In this document: piece by piece, positions 10,131-19,975 of the stretch | Position numbering within the stretch: position 1 is the first letter of the stretch | Layout: each line of letters begins with the position of its first letter | Assembly: GCA_038142325.1 (NCBI GenBank) | Contig: JAYQJW010000002.1 | Span: 32,001 to 96,000 of the forward strand | Length of the DNA: 64,000 nt | Direction of reading: 5' to 3' | DNA from: Gammaproteobacteria bacterium | Lineage (GTDB): Bacteria; Pseudomonadota; Gammaproteobacteria; GCA-002705445; GCA-002716945 | Program-made: the position numbers and the translations under genes | The notes under the pieces: generated by a model | Seen by the model: the letters and a program-made list of their open reading frames with translations, nothing else | Told to the model about the DNA's origin: nothing | Database searches by the model: none

Positions 10131-11544
10131 ATGAGTGCAAAAGATATATTAAAGCTGGTCGAGGAAAAAGAGGCTAAGTTCATCGATTACAGGTTTACAA
10201 ACACACAAGGAAAAGAACAAGCATGTCACAGTAACAGCTACAGAAGATGGCATTAATACCGATTGTGACGAGGGGAAAATGTTCGATGGTTCGTCTATAG
10301 CAGGTTGGAAAGATATTAATGAATCGGACATGATTCTTATGCCAGATACTTCAACTGCATTTGCTGATCCGTTCTATGATGAGCCAACAATCAATGTTAC
10401 ATGTGACGTAATAGAGCCTGCAGACGGATCCAGCTATGAAAAAGACCCTCGAGGAATAGCAAAAAAGGCAGAAAAATATTTAGCAGATTCAGGTATAGCA
10501 GATACCGCGTACTTTGGTCCTGAAAATGAATTTTTTGTCTTTGATGATGTTAAATTTGAAGACAAAATTGGTAGCTGCTTCTTTAAAGTAGACTCAACAG
10601 AAGCGTGCTGGAATAGTGGCAAAGACTATGAAGATGGAAACATGGGTCACAGACCTGGTGTAAAAGGTGGTTATTTTCCTGTACCCCCAGTTGATGCCTT
10701 ACAAGATTGTAGATCTGCAATGATAACAACGCTTCAAGAAGTTGGCGTGAAATGTGAAGTACATCATCATGAAGTTGCAACTGCTGGTCAATGTGAGATA
10801 GGAACACTATTTAACACCCTTGTAACTAAAGCTGATGAAGTACAAAAATATAAATATGTAGTTCAAAATGTTGCACATGCATTTGGCAAAACAGCCACAT
10901 TTATGCCTAAGCCAGTTGTTGGTGATAATGGAACTGGTATGCATGTCCATCAATCACTTTCTAAAGATGGCAATAATATATTTGCAGGTGATAAGTATGG
11001 AAATTTATCACAAGAAGCGCTTTGGTACATTGGTGGCATTATCAAACACGCACGTGCACTTAATGCATTCACTAATGCATCAACTAATAGTTATAAAAGA
11101 TTAATACCGGGTTTTGAGGCGCCTGTAATATTAACTTATTCAGCAAGAAATAGATCTGCATCAATCAGGATTCCATATGTCATGAGTGACAAGGCAAGAA
11201 GGATTGAAGTAAGATTCCCAGATTCCACTGCTAATCCATATCTAGCTTTCTCTGCAATGATGATGGCAGGCCTTGATGGAATTAAAAACCAAATAGATCC
11301 TGGTCCAGCAATGGATAAAGATTTATTTGCAATCAGCAGAGAAGAAGAATCAATGTTACCTACAGTTGCACCTGGACTTGACGTAGCATTAGATGCTCTA
11401 GACAAAGATAGAGAATTCTTAAATGCTGGTGATGTTTTCACTAATAATATGATTGATTCGTACATTGATCTAAAAATGGATGAAGTTCAAAGATTAAGAC
11501 AATCTACTCATCCATGTGAATTTGAGATGTACTATAGTCTATAA
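10131..11544 (+). CDS. glnA: Glutamine synthetase type I (frameshift near 10220)
   Basis: RBS GAGGA then [10 protein letters not shown]...; [58 protein letters not shown]. Confidence 0.97.
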
Positions 11545-11554
11545 CTTAGAATAT

Positions 11555-11579
11555 CATGCTGCCCGTAATGGGCAGCATG
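11555..11579 (+). terminator. GC-rich hairpin between glnA and ntrB (attenuator or mRNA stabiliser)
   Basis: CATGCTGCCC-GTAAT-GGGCAGCATG, a 10-bp stem with no strong U-tract. Confidence 0.6.
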
Positions 11580-11587
11580 TGAATGAA

Positions 11588-12670
11588 ATGGAATTGCAAA
11601 AAAAGGTACAACTAGACTCTAAATTTCTTCTAGATATTTTAGAGAATATATCAACATCAGTTGTAGTACTAAATGAAGATGGCTCTTATTTATTTGTTAA
11701 TAGTTCAGCGTTAGATCTTTTAGGTCTAAGTAATAAATTCCCTAATCTATCCTCATTAAAACCAATTATTGGTCATATGAGTATCGATTTTCATATTAAG
11801 TCTGTCAATGAAGATAATCATTCTAAGATGCTTAGAGATTTCAAATTTAAGAATTTTGAGGGTCATGAAAAGATTGTTGATTGTAATATATCGCAAGCAT
11901 CCTTTGAAAACAAAAATGTTACGTTAATTGAATTCACTGAAACAGGACGATTATACACTATTTCTATTGAACAAAATTTGATTGAACAAGAACGCGCTAC
12001 GCGAGAGATGATTAAAGGCCTTTCTCATGAAATTAAAAATCCACTTGGTGGTATTCTAGGTGCTGCACAGATTTTAGAAAAATCATTAGATCCCTCATAT
12101 GGAAAATTTACAAACATTATTAAAAAAGAGACAGGGCGATTAGTAAATCTTCTTAATGATATGGCGCTGCCAGTTACATCAGTAAACAAATCATTGATTA
12201 ATATTCATGAAGTAACAGAACATGTAATAGATTTATTCCAATTTGACTTAAAAAATAAAAATATTATTTTCGAAAAAGATTATGATCCAAGTATACCTGA
12301 CATAGAAACAAATAAAGAACAATTGATACAGGCTTTGATTAATCTCGTGCGTAATTCTGTACAAGCACTGGATTACAAAGGCAATGTAACTTTAAAAACA
12401 AGAGCGGAGCCTAGCTATACTATTGGAAGTTCTAAATACTCACTAGTTGCTAAGATTGAGGTCATAGATAATGGCCCAGGTATACCTGACGATAAACTTA
12501 AAGAAATTTTTTACCCTATGGTTAGTACAAAAACTGAAGGGATGGGTCTGGGCCTTACTATTGCACAGTCTATTATTATGCAAAATTCTGGACTAATTGA
12601 GTGTACTAGCAAAAAACGTGAAACCATTTTTACAATTGTTTTACCTGTAAAGGGCGATATAAATGAATAA
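11588..12670 (+). CDS. ntrB: Nitrogen regulation sensor histidine kinase NtrB
   Basis: PAS-like N-terminus, GLSHEIKNPLGG, DYDPSIP, NLVRN, DNGPGI, GMGLGL; glnA-ntrB-ntrC order. Confidence 0.92.
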   Translation: MELQKKVQLDSKFLLDILENISTSVVVLNEDGSYLFVNSSALDLLGLSNKFPNLSSLKPIIGHMSIDFHIKSVNEDNHSKMLRDFKFKNFEGHEKIVDCNISQASFENKNVTLIEFTETGRLYTISIEQNLIEQERATREMIKGLSHEIKNPLGGILGAAQILEKSLDPSYGKFTNIIKKETGRLVNLLNDMALPVTSVNKSLINIHEVTEHVIDLFQFDLKNKNIIFEKDYDPSIPDIETNKEQLIQALINLVRNSVQALDYKGNVTLKTRAEPSYTIGSSKYSLVAKIEVIDNGPGIPDDKLKEIFYPMVSTKTEGMGLGLTIAQSIIMQNSGLIECTSKKRETIFTIVLPVKGDINE

Positions 12671-14060
12671 AGTTTGGATTATAGATGACGAGGAGAGCAT
12701 AAGAACAATATGTACAAGTGCCCTTGAGGATTTATTTGATGTTGAATCCTTTGGAAATGCATCCGAGGCTTTACTATCACTAAACTCATATCAACCTGAT
12801 CTTATAATTACAGATATTAAAATGCCCGGTATGTCAGGTCTAGAGTTTTTAGATAAGGTATCAGAAAAGTTTCCTAATATTCCAACCATTATAATAACTG
12901 CTCATGCAAATATAGATAATGCATTATCTGCATATAAAGGTGGCGCATTTGAATATTTAACTAAACCCTTTGATATAGATGAAATAAGAAAGCTTTCTAT
13001 AAAGGCTACTAGATCAAAAAGTAATGAAAACAAACATATAAGCGTTGATTCTACTAATAATATTATTGGAAAGGCAGATTCTATGCAGGATGTATTTAAA
13101 GCAATTGGTAAAATTTCCAAAACTGATATTACAGTGCTTATCAGAGGAGAATCAGGTACTGGAAAAGAATTAATTGCTCAGTCTGTTCATGAAAATAGTC
13201 CTCGCAGTAAAAAACCATTCATAGCTATCAATGTAGCAGCTATACCACATGAATTATTAGAAAGTGAACTTTTTGGCCATGAAAAAGGATCATTTACTGG
13301 CGCGCAATCTCAAAGAATTGGAAGATTTGAGCAGGCACTGGGCGGAACATTATTTCTTGATGAAATTGGAGACATGCACCCTGAGTTGCAAACAAGATTG
13401 CTTAGAGTCTTATCAAGTCATGAATTTTATAGAGTAGGTGGACAAAAACCAATCAAATCAGACGTAAGGATTATTGCTGCTACTAATCAAAATATTGAGA
13501 AATTAATTAAGACAGGTTAATTTAGAGAAGATCTCTATCATCGTCTTAATGTCTTTAGAATAGAACTTCCTCCACTTAGAAGTAGAAAAGAAGATATACC
13601 AGATTTAGTTAATTACTTTTTGACTAAAAGTGCTAGTGAACTTAATACTGATAAAAAAACTATTGATGAAAATGCTAAACAAGTCTTAAATAAATATGAT
13701 TGGCCTGGAAATATTAGACAACTAGAGAATATTTGTAGGTATATGACAGTGATGGCACCATCCTCTTCTATTACAAGTGATGATTTACCTGATGAAATTA
13801 AAGGTTCTTATGAAAATGGTGTTTCTAATGCTAGTGATGAGATGTTTGATACAAATATATCCTGGGAACAGAATCTATCAAGTCATATTAAACAGGTAGT
13901 ATCTGAAACAAATGACTTAAGCGTGTTTTCTAGGGAATTAGAGAAGTTATTGTTAAAGGAAGCCTTATCAGCATGCAATGGAAAAAGGATAGATGCTGCA
14001 AAAATACTTGGGCTTGGAAGAAACACAATTACAAGAAAAATAAAAGAATTAGATTTGTAA
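12663..14060 (+). CDS. ntrC: Sigma54-dependent response regulator NtrC (in-frame TAA at 13518-13520, probably a base-call error)
   Basis: Receiver domain (IIDDE, TDIKMPG), GESGTGKE, ESELFGHEKGSFTGA, LFLDEIG. The same frame continues past the stop as FREDLYHRLN, WPGNIRQLEN and the HTH AAKILGLGRNTI. Confidence 0.92.
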
Positions 14061-15062
14061 AAATTCTTTAAGTAATCTTTCGCGCTCCGAGTTCCTAGAC
14101 TTTAAAATATCATATAAAAGTTTTGTTAAACCATTAGATATATACTTTGATTTTTCTACAAGCGTTTGACAGCAATCATAGCCCTCAACTGTTCCTATAC
14201 TATTTTTAGCATCTGTAACTCTTGTGTTTGGATTAGATATAAGTTTCCCAAATTGATAATTACGAGATTGATTCTGTTTACAAGTTAGAATCATGTCACC
14301 TATATAACCAGGAGAAGAGATAATTTCTTCTTTCTCATGGGTCAGATTAATGAGCTATCCCTTTATATTCATTACCATGAAGAAATTCCCACATTTCTAA
14401 CGCCTGATGCCATGTCTCATCACAAGCCTTTTTGATAATTTTATTTGTATGAACACCCTTTTTAAAATATTCATCTGTCATGCCACATATAATTGCAGCA
14501 ATGTTTTTTATAATTCCTGCAATCTCAATATGATAAATATATTTTGTTGGAATCATCTTAAAATATGTACCTTGATTTCATCAGACATGCTTTGTGATAA
14601 ATCATCATCTAAGATGCAAAGGACACAGCAATTGTTCTCTCATCACATAAATCCTTTGCAAAAGAAGGCCCAGATATGAGTCCATATTTTTGTATGTTTG
14701 TAAATTTATTGAATACCAAATCACTAAAAAATTTTCCACTTTGATGATCAATGCCTTTTGTCAAAGATATTAGAGCTTGTTAATCTACTAAAGTAACTCT
14801 CATAGTCATCTAGAAGATCGCTAAAGCCTTTACTGTTAACAGCAATAATATTTATTTCATTATCATGTTGAAGATCATTAAGTGAATCTAATGGTTTAAT
14901 GTGATTAGGTGTTATATTACTAAGTCCAATTTTTTGAATATTTTCAGCTTCTAAACTTATATTTCTTCTGAATATTTCAACATCATGACCTAATTTTAGA
15001 AGATATTCTGAAAAAGCTAAGCCCCAAACACCAGCGCCGATTACTCTAAATCTAGATTGCAT
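14049..15062 (-). CDS. gpsA: NAD(P)H-dependent glycerol-3-phosphate dehydrogenase (several frameshifts)
   Basis: IGAGVWGLA, SGPSFA, IKNIAAIICG, GDMILTC...SRN, VEGY; downstream of secB. Confidence 0.88.
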
Positions 15063-15496
15063 TAACTATCTTTGCGTTTATCTAGTTCGTTTTGATAGAT
15101 AGTGTGAAAATCAATTGGTGATAAAAATAGTGGTGGAAAACCACCTTTTTGAATAACATTTGAAATATTTTCTCGCGCATATGGATATACAATTTCTGCA
15201 CAATGAACATTTAGAAATCTTTTTCTCATTGCTTCATCATCCGTAGAAATAGAAAAAACGCCACATTGTTTCAATTCAACCAAGTATAGTGTTTTATCCT
15301 CAACCTCAGCTTTAACATTAAAAAAAAGTGTAAGTTCATAAATATCATCGGTTATGTTATTGATATTTGATTCAAAGTTAAAACCGACCTTAGGCGATGA
15401 TGACATATTCGTAAATACATCTGGTGTCATCGGTGATTCAAATGATAAATCCTTAAGATAAATTCTTTGAATATTAAATTGAACTTGATTAGCCAT
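15062..15496 (-). CDS. secB: Protein export chaperone SecB
   Basis: IQRIYLKDLSFESP, QCGVF, YPYARE, GGFPPL...PIDF. Confidence 0.95.
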   Translation of the reverse strand: MANQVQFNIQRIYLKDLSFESPMTPDVFTNMSSSPKVGFNFESNINNITDDIYELTLFFNVKAEVEDKTLYLVELKQCGVFSISTDDEAMRKRFLNVHCAEIVYPYARENISNVIQKGGFPPLFLSPIDFHTIYQNELDKRKDS

Positions 15497-15904
15497 TATG
15501 AACCCTCAACAAGTGGGAAGTTATTTTCAATCCAAGATTGTATCCCGCCCTCAAGATATAAAACAGTTATAGAATTATTTTTTGATATTTTTTCCGCGCT
15601 GCTAATTGATGATGCTTCATCTTTATCGTAAACAACTACTTCATCATGATCAATTTTTTTGTCAGAATTAATATCAAATAATATTGCATTTGATATATGT
15701 CCTTTTTTAAATTCAGACTTTTCTCTTGTATCTAATAAAATAATTTTATTATCATTTATCTTTGGTTACAAGATCATTACAGTTAATCACTTTAAATTTT
15801 TTTGTAAAATTTTTTATCTCGAAAGAAATTATTAAATAAATAAATATAAATAATGCAACTGATAAAACAGGGTGATTTAAAATAAATTCTAATGAGTTAT
15901 CCAT
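15496..15904 (-). CDS. YibN-like membrane-anchored rhodanese-domain protein (frameshifted; not in ORF track)
   Basis: N-terminal TM (EFILNHPVLSVALF), LDTREKSEFKKGHISNA, LEGGIQSW...PLV. The active-site loop reads VVVYD (Asp, not Cys). Lies between arsR and secB. Confidence 0.75.
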
Positions 15905-15912
15905 TGGATGGA

Positions 15913-16254
15913 TTAGTTGTGTTTAGAACAAAAAACTTCTCTCATCATATCGATTAGCTTTAATGTTTTAAAATCACTGACTTTGTAGAAAACTTTATTT
16001 GCATCTTTTCGAGCTGATAAAATACCTTTATCTCTTAAAATAGCTAGATGCTGTGAGATGTTACTTTGAGATGTGCCTACGTTATCAACGATATCTTGCA
16101 CACTAAATTCTCCCTCACCAAGCTTACACAAAATCATGAGTCTAAGCGGATGAGACATGGCTTTTAGGGAGCGTGAGGCTGTTTCTATATCTTTTTCTTG
16201 ATCTGCTGAAGAGTAGTCGATTTTCTCGTCCAGCTGTACTTGCTCGTTATCCAT
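15913..16254 (-). CDS. ArsR-family repressor, BigR/SqrR/YgaV-like (two-Cys type)
   Basis: LKAMSHPLRLMILCKL, SQSNISQHLAILR and C-terminal EVFC give a Cys pair in the positions typical of BigR/SqrR. Confidence 0.85.
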   Translation of the reverse strand: MDNEQVQLDEKIDYSSADQEKDIETASRSLKAMSHPLRLMILCKLGEGEFSVQDIVDNVGTSQSNISQHLAILRDKGILSARKDANKVFYKVSDFKTLKLIDMMREVFCSKHN

Positions 16255-16272
16255 TGTATTATTATATACCTA

Positions 16273-16290
16273 TATTAGATGAAACTAATA
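16273..16290. promoter_or_regulatory. Putative ArsR-family operator
   Basis: TATTAG-N6-CTAATA perfect inverted repeat 18 bp upstream of the arsR start, in the divergent arsR/ctpA gap. Confidence 0.5.
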
Positions 16291-16331
16291 ATAAAAATAT
16301 AAATAAAGTGCTATTATTGTTTTGATTTACT

Positions 16332-17513
16332 ATGATTAAAAACCTCAAAAATATAGCTTTTTTTATTATTTTATCCTCTTTTGGCAATATAGCTATAAGT
16401 TCAGATACAGAGGTCCCTACTGAAAAAATTCAACAGTTCGTAGATGTTTATAAAAAAATTAAAGAACAGTATGTTGATGAAGTAGATGATGCAACATTAT
16501 TCAATTATGCGATTGAGGGGATGGTTACAAAATTAGATCCTTACTCTGATTATCTATCCAAAGATGACTTCTCTGAATTAAAAATTGGCACAACAGGAAG
16601 ATTTGGTGGCATAGGAATAGAAATCACTATGGAGGATGGCTTTGTAAAAATAATTTCACCAATAGACGATACGCCTGCCCAAAGAGCAGGATTAAAATCT
16701 GGTGATTTAGTCATAGAAGTTGAAGGTGTATCACTAAAAGATAAATCAATAAATGACGCAGTTAAACTCATGCGCGGTGAACCAGGCACTAAAGTTACTG
16801 TGAAGGTTTTAAGAGAAAAAGAGGATGCTCCTCTAGATTTTGAATTGACACGACAAATTATAGTATCTAAAGGCATTAAAACTGAAATATTCAATGGTGA
16901 ATTTGGATATTTAAGACTATCAAGTTTTCAATCAAATTCGACAGCTAATGTAAGAAAAGCTATTTATGATCTTAGAAAGAAAACGGGTAACATGATGGTT
17001 GCGCTCATACTTGACTTAAGAAATAATCCAGGAGGCGTTCTTGGTGCTGCAGTTGGTATTTCTGATCTATTTCTCAAATCAGGCAAGATAGTCTATACAA
17101 AAGGAAGAACTAATAATTCAGATTTAGAATATTATGCTAATAGTGAAGATATTCTAGAGGGACTACCTTTATATGTATTAATTAACGGAGGATCTGCCTC
17201 TGCATCAGAAATAGTAGCAGGTGCATTACAAGATCACAAAAGAGCTATAATTTATGGTGAAAAATCATTTGGAAAAGCATCAGTACAATCTATACAAGAG
17301 ATGATAGATGGCTCTGCATTAAAATTAACAACTGCTAAATACTATACTCCTAATGATAGACATATTCATGACAATGGAATTTCTCCAGATGTAACGGTTG
17401 ATTATGATGAACTTAAAACACCATTTGGCTATCTTCCTAAGCTCTATAATACAGATAATCAAATAGTTACAATATTAAAAGATCACAAGACCAATATTTC
17501 TCAACTCAAATAA
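16332..17513 (+). CDS. ctpA: Carboxy-terminal processing protease (S41, PDZ domain)
   Basis: Signal peptide, LDPYS, GGIGIEI, LDLRNNPGG, SASASEIVAGALQD, FGKASVQ, YYTP. Confidence 0.92.
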   Translation: MIKNLKNIAFFIILSSFGNIAISSDTEVPTEKIQQFVDVYKKIKEQYVDEVDDATLFNYAIEGMVTKLDPYSDYLSKDDFSELKIGTTGRFGGIGIEITMEDGFVKIISPIDDTPAQRAGLKSGDLVIEVEGVSLKDKSINDAVKLMRGEPGTKVTVKVLREKEDAPLDFELTRQIIVSKGIKTEIFNGEFGYLRLSSFQSNSTANVRKAIYDLRKKTGNMMVALILDLRNNPGGVLGAAVGISDLFLKSGKIVYTKGRTNNSDLEYYANSEDILEGLPLYVLINGGSASASEIVAGALQDHKRAIIYGEKSFGKASVQSIQEMIDGSALKLTTAKYYTPNDRHIHDNGISPDVTVDYDELKTPFGYLPKLYNTDNQIVTILKDHKTNISQLK

Positions 17514-17518
17514 AGTTC

Positions 17519-18527
17519 ATGTTCAAGAATCTCTTTTTTTTGATCATAATATTACTATTCATATCAGTCTTGCTCTAAAAAAATATCTGATCCATGTGAT
17601 GGTAAAAGTCCGCAGTTAAGTATAGGTCATTCAACAAAAAATATTGTTTGTTTCAAAACTATTGATAGTTATGATCTTAATTATAAAAATAAAAAAACTA
17701 TAATAATCAATGGAGAGTTATTTTTCCCAGAAATTAAAAAAAATAAATATGATGCAGTAATCATGACTCATGGTTCAGGTGGTAAAAGGAGATATCATGA
17801 AAAATATATTGAACTTCTAACAGACATGGGTTTAGTTGTTTTTCAAATTGATCACTATGGTGCTAGAAAAATAAAATATGATAAAACATTCTCTAAAGTA
17901 TCTGGTATCACATTTATGAATGATGCATATGCTGCATTAGAAATACTAAAGACAGATTCTAGAATAGATAATGTTGGTTATTTGGGTTGGTCACAAGGTG
18001 GTGTTGGACCTATTTTAACTCACTTCAAGTTTGTTATTAACCTAATACCAACAACAAAAAGATTTCAGTCAGCAATTGCTATTTATCCATACTGTGGATT
18101 TACATTCCCTGGAGAATATCAAAGTGAAACTCCATTACTTATGATAACAGGAGCTGATGATGATCTTACGCCTGAGGCAGCATGTAGAAATTTGTATTCA
18201 AAGTTTTTTAGAAATGACGATAAACTTGAATTTATATCGATTGACAATGCACGACACGGATTTGATAACCCATTTCTTTACTTTGGCCTCACATTTGATA
18301 AATTGCCAAATCTTATGGTCATCAATAATGAGTGTACATTAACAATTAAGGGTACTGGTGAGATAGAAAATTTGAAAGGCGTCGTTATCAATACACCTGA
18401 AATAAGTGAATATTTTCTAGATAAATGCTCAACTAAAGGGGTTACTGTAAAATATAATTCAAAAGCAACTCAAATAACATTATCTGAGGTAAAAAGATTT
18501 TTTAACAAAACTCTTGTAGATAAATGA
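17519..18527 (+). CDS. Dienelactone-hydrolase-family alpha/beta hydrolase, probably exported (frameshift near 17570)
   Basis: HGSGG, GWSQGG nucleophile elbow, YPYC, GADDDLTP, HGFD; hydrophobic N-terminus from ATG 17519. Confidence 0.75.
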
Positions 18528-18558
18528 TTTTAGTTCATTTTAGTCATATAATAATATT

Positions 18559-18876
18559 ATGAGATTATTTTTATCAATTTTCATAATCATGTTTTCTATA
18601 GCTTCTATGGCTAATGATAAAGTGCGTCCTGGACCTCATAATAAAATCGGCCTAACTAAACAATCACAGCAAGATAAAGAAAATACTTTCATCTATAAGT
18701 TATTTAATAATGAACTCGACATTATGGGTTCCAACTCAACTGGCAATGAAAACTCTATAAATAATGACCAGGCATTATCTCAAATTGAGAAACTTGCTGA
18801 TCTTAAAGAGCGTGGAATAATTACCGAAGCTGAATTCAATGATAAGAAAAAGATTCTTTTAGATAAAATACAATAG
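18559..18876 (+). CDS. Secreted SHOCT-domain protein
   Basis: Signal peptide (ASMA) and C-terminal QIEKLADLKERGIITEAEFNDKKKILL, the SHOCT motif. Confidence 0.8.
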   Translation: MRLFLSIFIIMFSIASMANDKVRPGPHNKIGLTKQSQQDKENTFIYKLFNNELDIMGSNSTGNENSINNDQALSQIEKLADLKERGIITEAEFNDKKKILLDKIQ

Positions 18877-19014
18877 ATGCTTGTATTCATAATTTGGTTA
18901 GCTCTAATCATATTATGGAATTATGGTTATCCTGAAGCATCTCCTCTTTATGATGTTATTGCTTCGGTTGTATTATTTTTCTTTTCTAAGGCTATAAATT
19001 CTTTGTCTATATAG
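18877..19014 (+). CDS. 45-aa two-TM small membrane protein (not in ORF track)
   Basis: MLVFIIWLALIILWNYGYPEASPLYDVIASVVLFFFSKAINSLSI*. Starts immediately after the SHOCT gene stop and fills an otherwise empty gap. Confidence 0.65.
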   Translation: MLVFIIWLALIILWNYGYPEASPLYDVIASVVLFFFSKAINSLSI

Positions 19015-19584
19015 CTTGGATACAATTCAAATCATTGTTCTGTGGTGAATTAACATACGTTGATACTTTATGGATTTTAATTTTGCTTGAAATAATATCC
19101 TTGATGATATGACTACCATTCATCCATTGTTTAAGTTGAGACTCTTCTAAAAGGAGAGGTTGTCTATGATGAATATCAAAAATTGGTTTAACAGAGTTTT
19201 TAGTTACACATACACAACCAGAATCATTATATAAACCTGCCATAAAAAAAGCTTATTATCAATGTGATGATAATATGGATCTTTTACATGCTCTCTTTTG
19301 TTCCAGTTAAAATATCTTTTCCATTCATACCATCCGTCCATAATAAACGCACATCTTCTAGCATTTTTAAAAGATGGTTTTTCGTTGATAGTTTCATACC
19401 TGGCATTTATTAGATTCATAGGTTTTTTAGCCCAGCTGGGAGAATAACTCCATTTAAGTTTTTGGATTTCTGATGTAATTATAAAAACTTGAGAGCTTGG
19501 ACTGATATTATAATTTGGATCAATATCAATATTATATTTACTTTTTACTTCTTCTTTATTTGTAAGCGTGTACCTTCCGCACAT
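19007..19584 (-). CDS. SOS response-associated peptidase (SRAP/HMCES/YedK family), abasic-site protection (frameshift near 19245)
   Basis: MCGRY with catalytic Cys2, YNISPS, INARYET, DGWYEW, IHHRQP, VSTYVNSP. Confidence 0.9.
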
Positions 19585-19587
19585 ATA

Positions 19588-19974
19588 TTAATTACTGAAT
19601 TTATCCCATCCGTTTTGAGATTTAAATTCATTTAATTTTTCATCCCATTCAGAAAATTCATTTTGGTAATCTGAATTATTTTTATCTGAATCTGGTTCAT
19701 CTCCTATTTTATAAAAGGCTGCGCTTCGATTTTTGCAGATATGAATATATTGATTTTGCTTCATTAAGTCTAATGAGAGATAAAATTCCTCACATTGCTC
19801 TAGTGTACCGTCTCCTATTTTGGTTTTACTTTTTTCAGTAAGCCTTCTGAATGAACCTGTTAATTCTTTTACACAACTGGGCGATAAATTAGTTCCAAAC
19901 TTTTCATTGAAGTGTTTTTCTTTTCTTAGTTGGTTATCCCAATCAATCACACGTTTTTTAATGATATCAACCAT
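19588..19974 (-). CDS. Hypothetical protein (128 aa)
   Basis: Intact ORF packed between acs (1-bp gap) and SRAP (3-bp gap); no recognised motif. Confidence 0.7.
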   Translation of the reverse strand: MVDIIKKRVIDWDNQLRKEKHFNEKFGTNLSPSCVKELTGSFRRLTEKSKTKIGDGTLEQCEEFYLSLDLMKQNQYIHICKNRSAAFYKIGDEPDSDKNNSDYQNEFSEWDEKLNEFKSQNGWDKFSN

Positions 19975-19975
19975 G

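Noticed and set aside
15496-15904. Rhodanese domain as evidence of sulfur metabolism
   Set aside because: It lacks the catalytic Cys and sits in the conserved yibN-secB-gpsA position; no sox, dsr or sqr genes are in the window.
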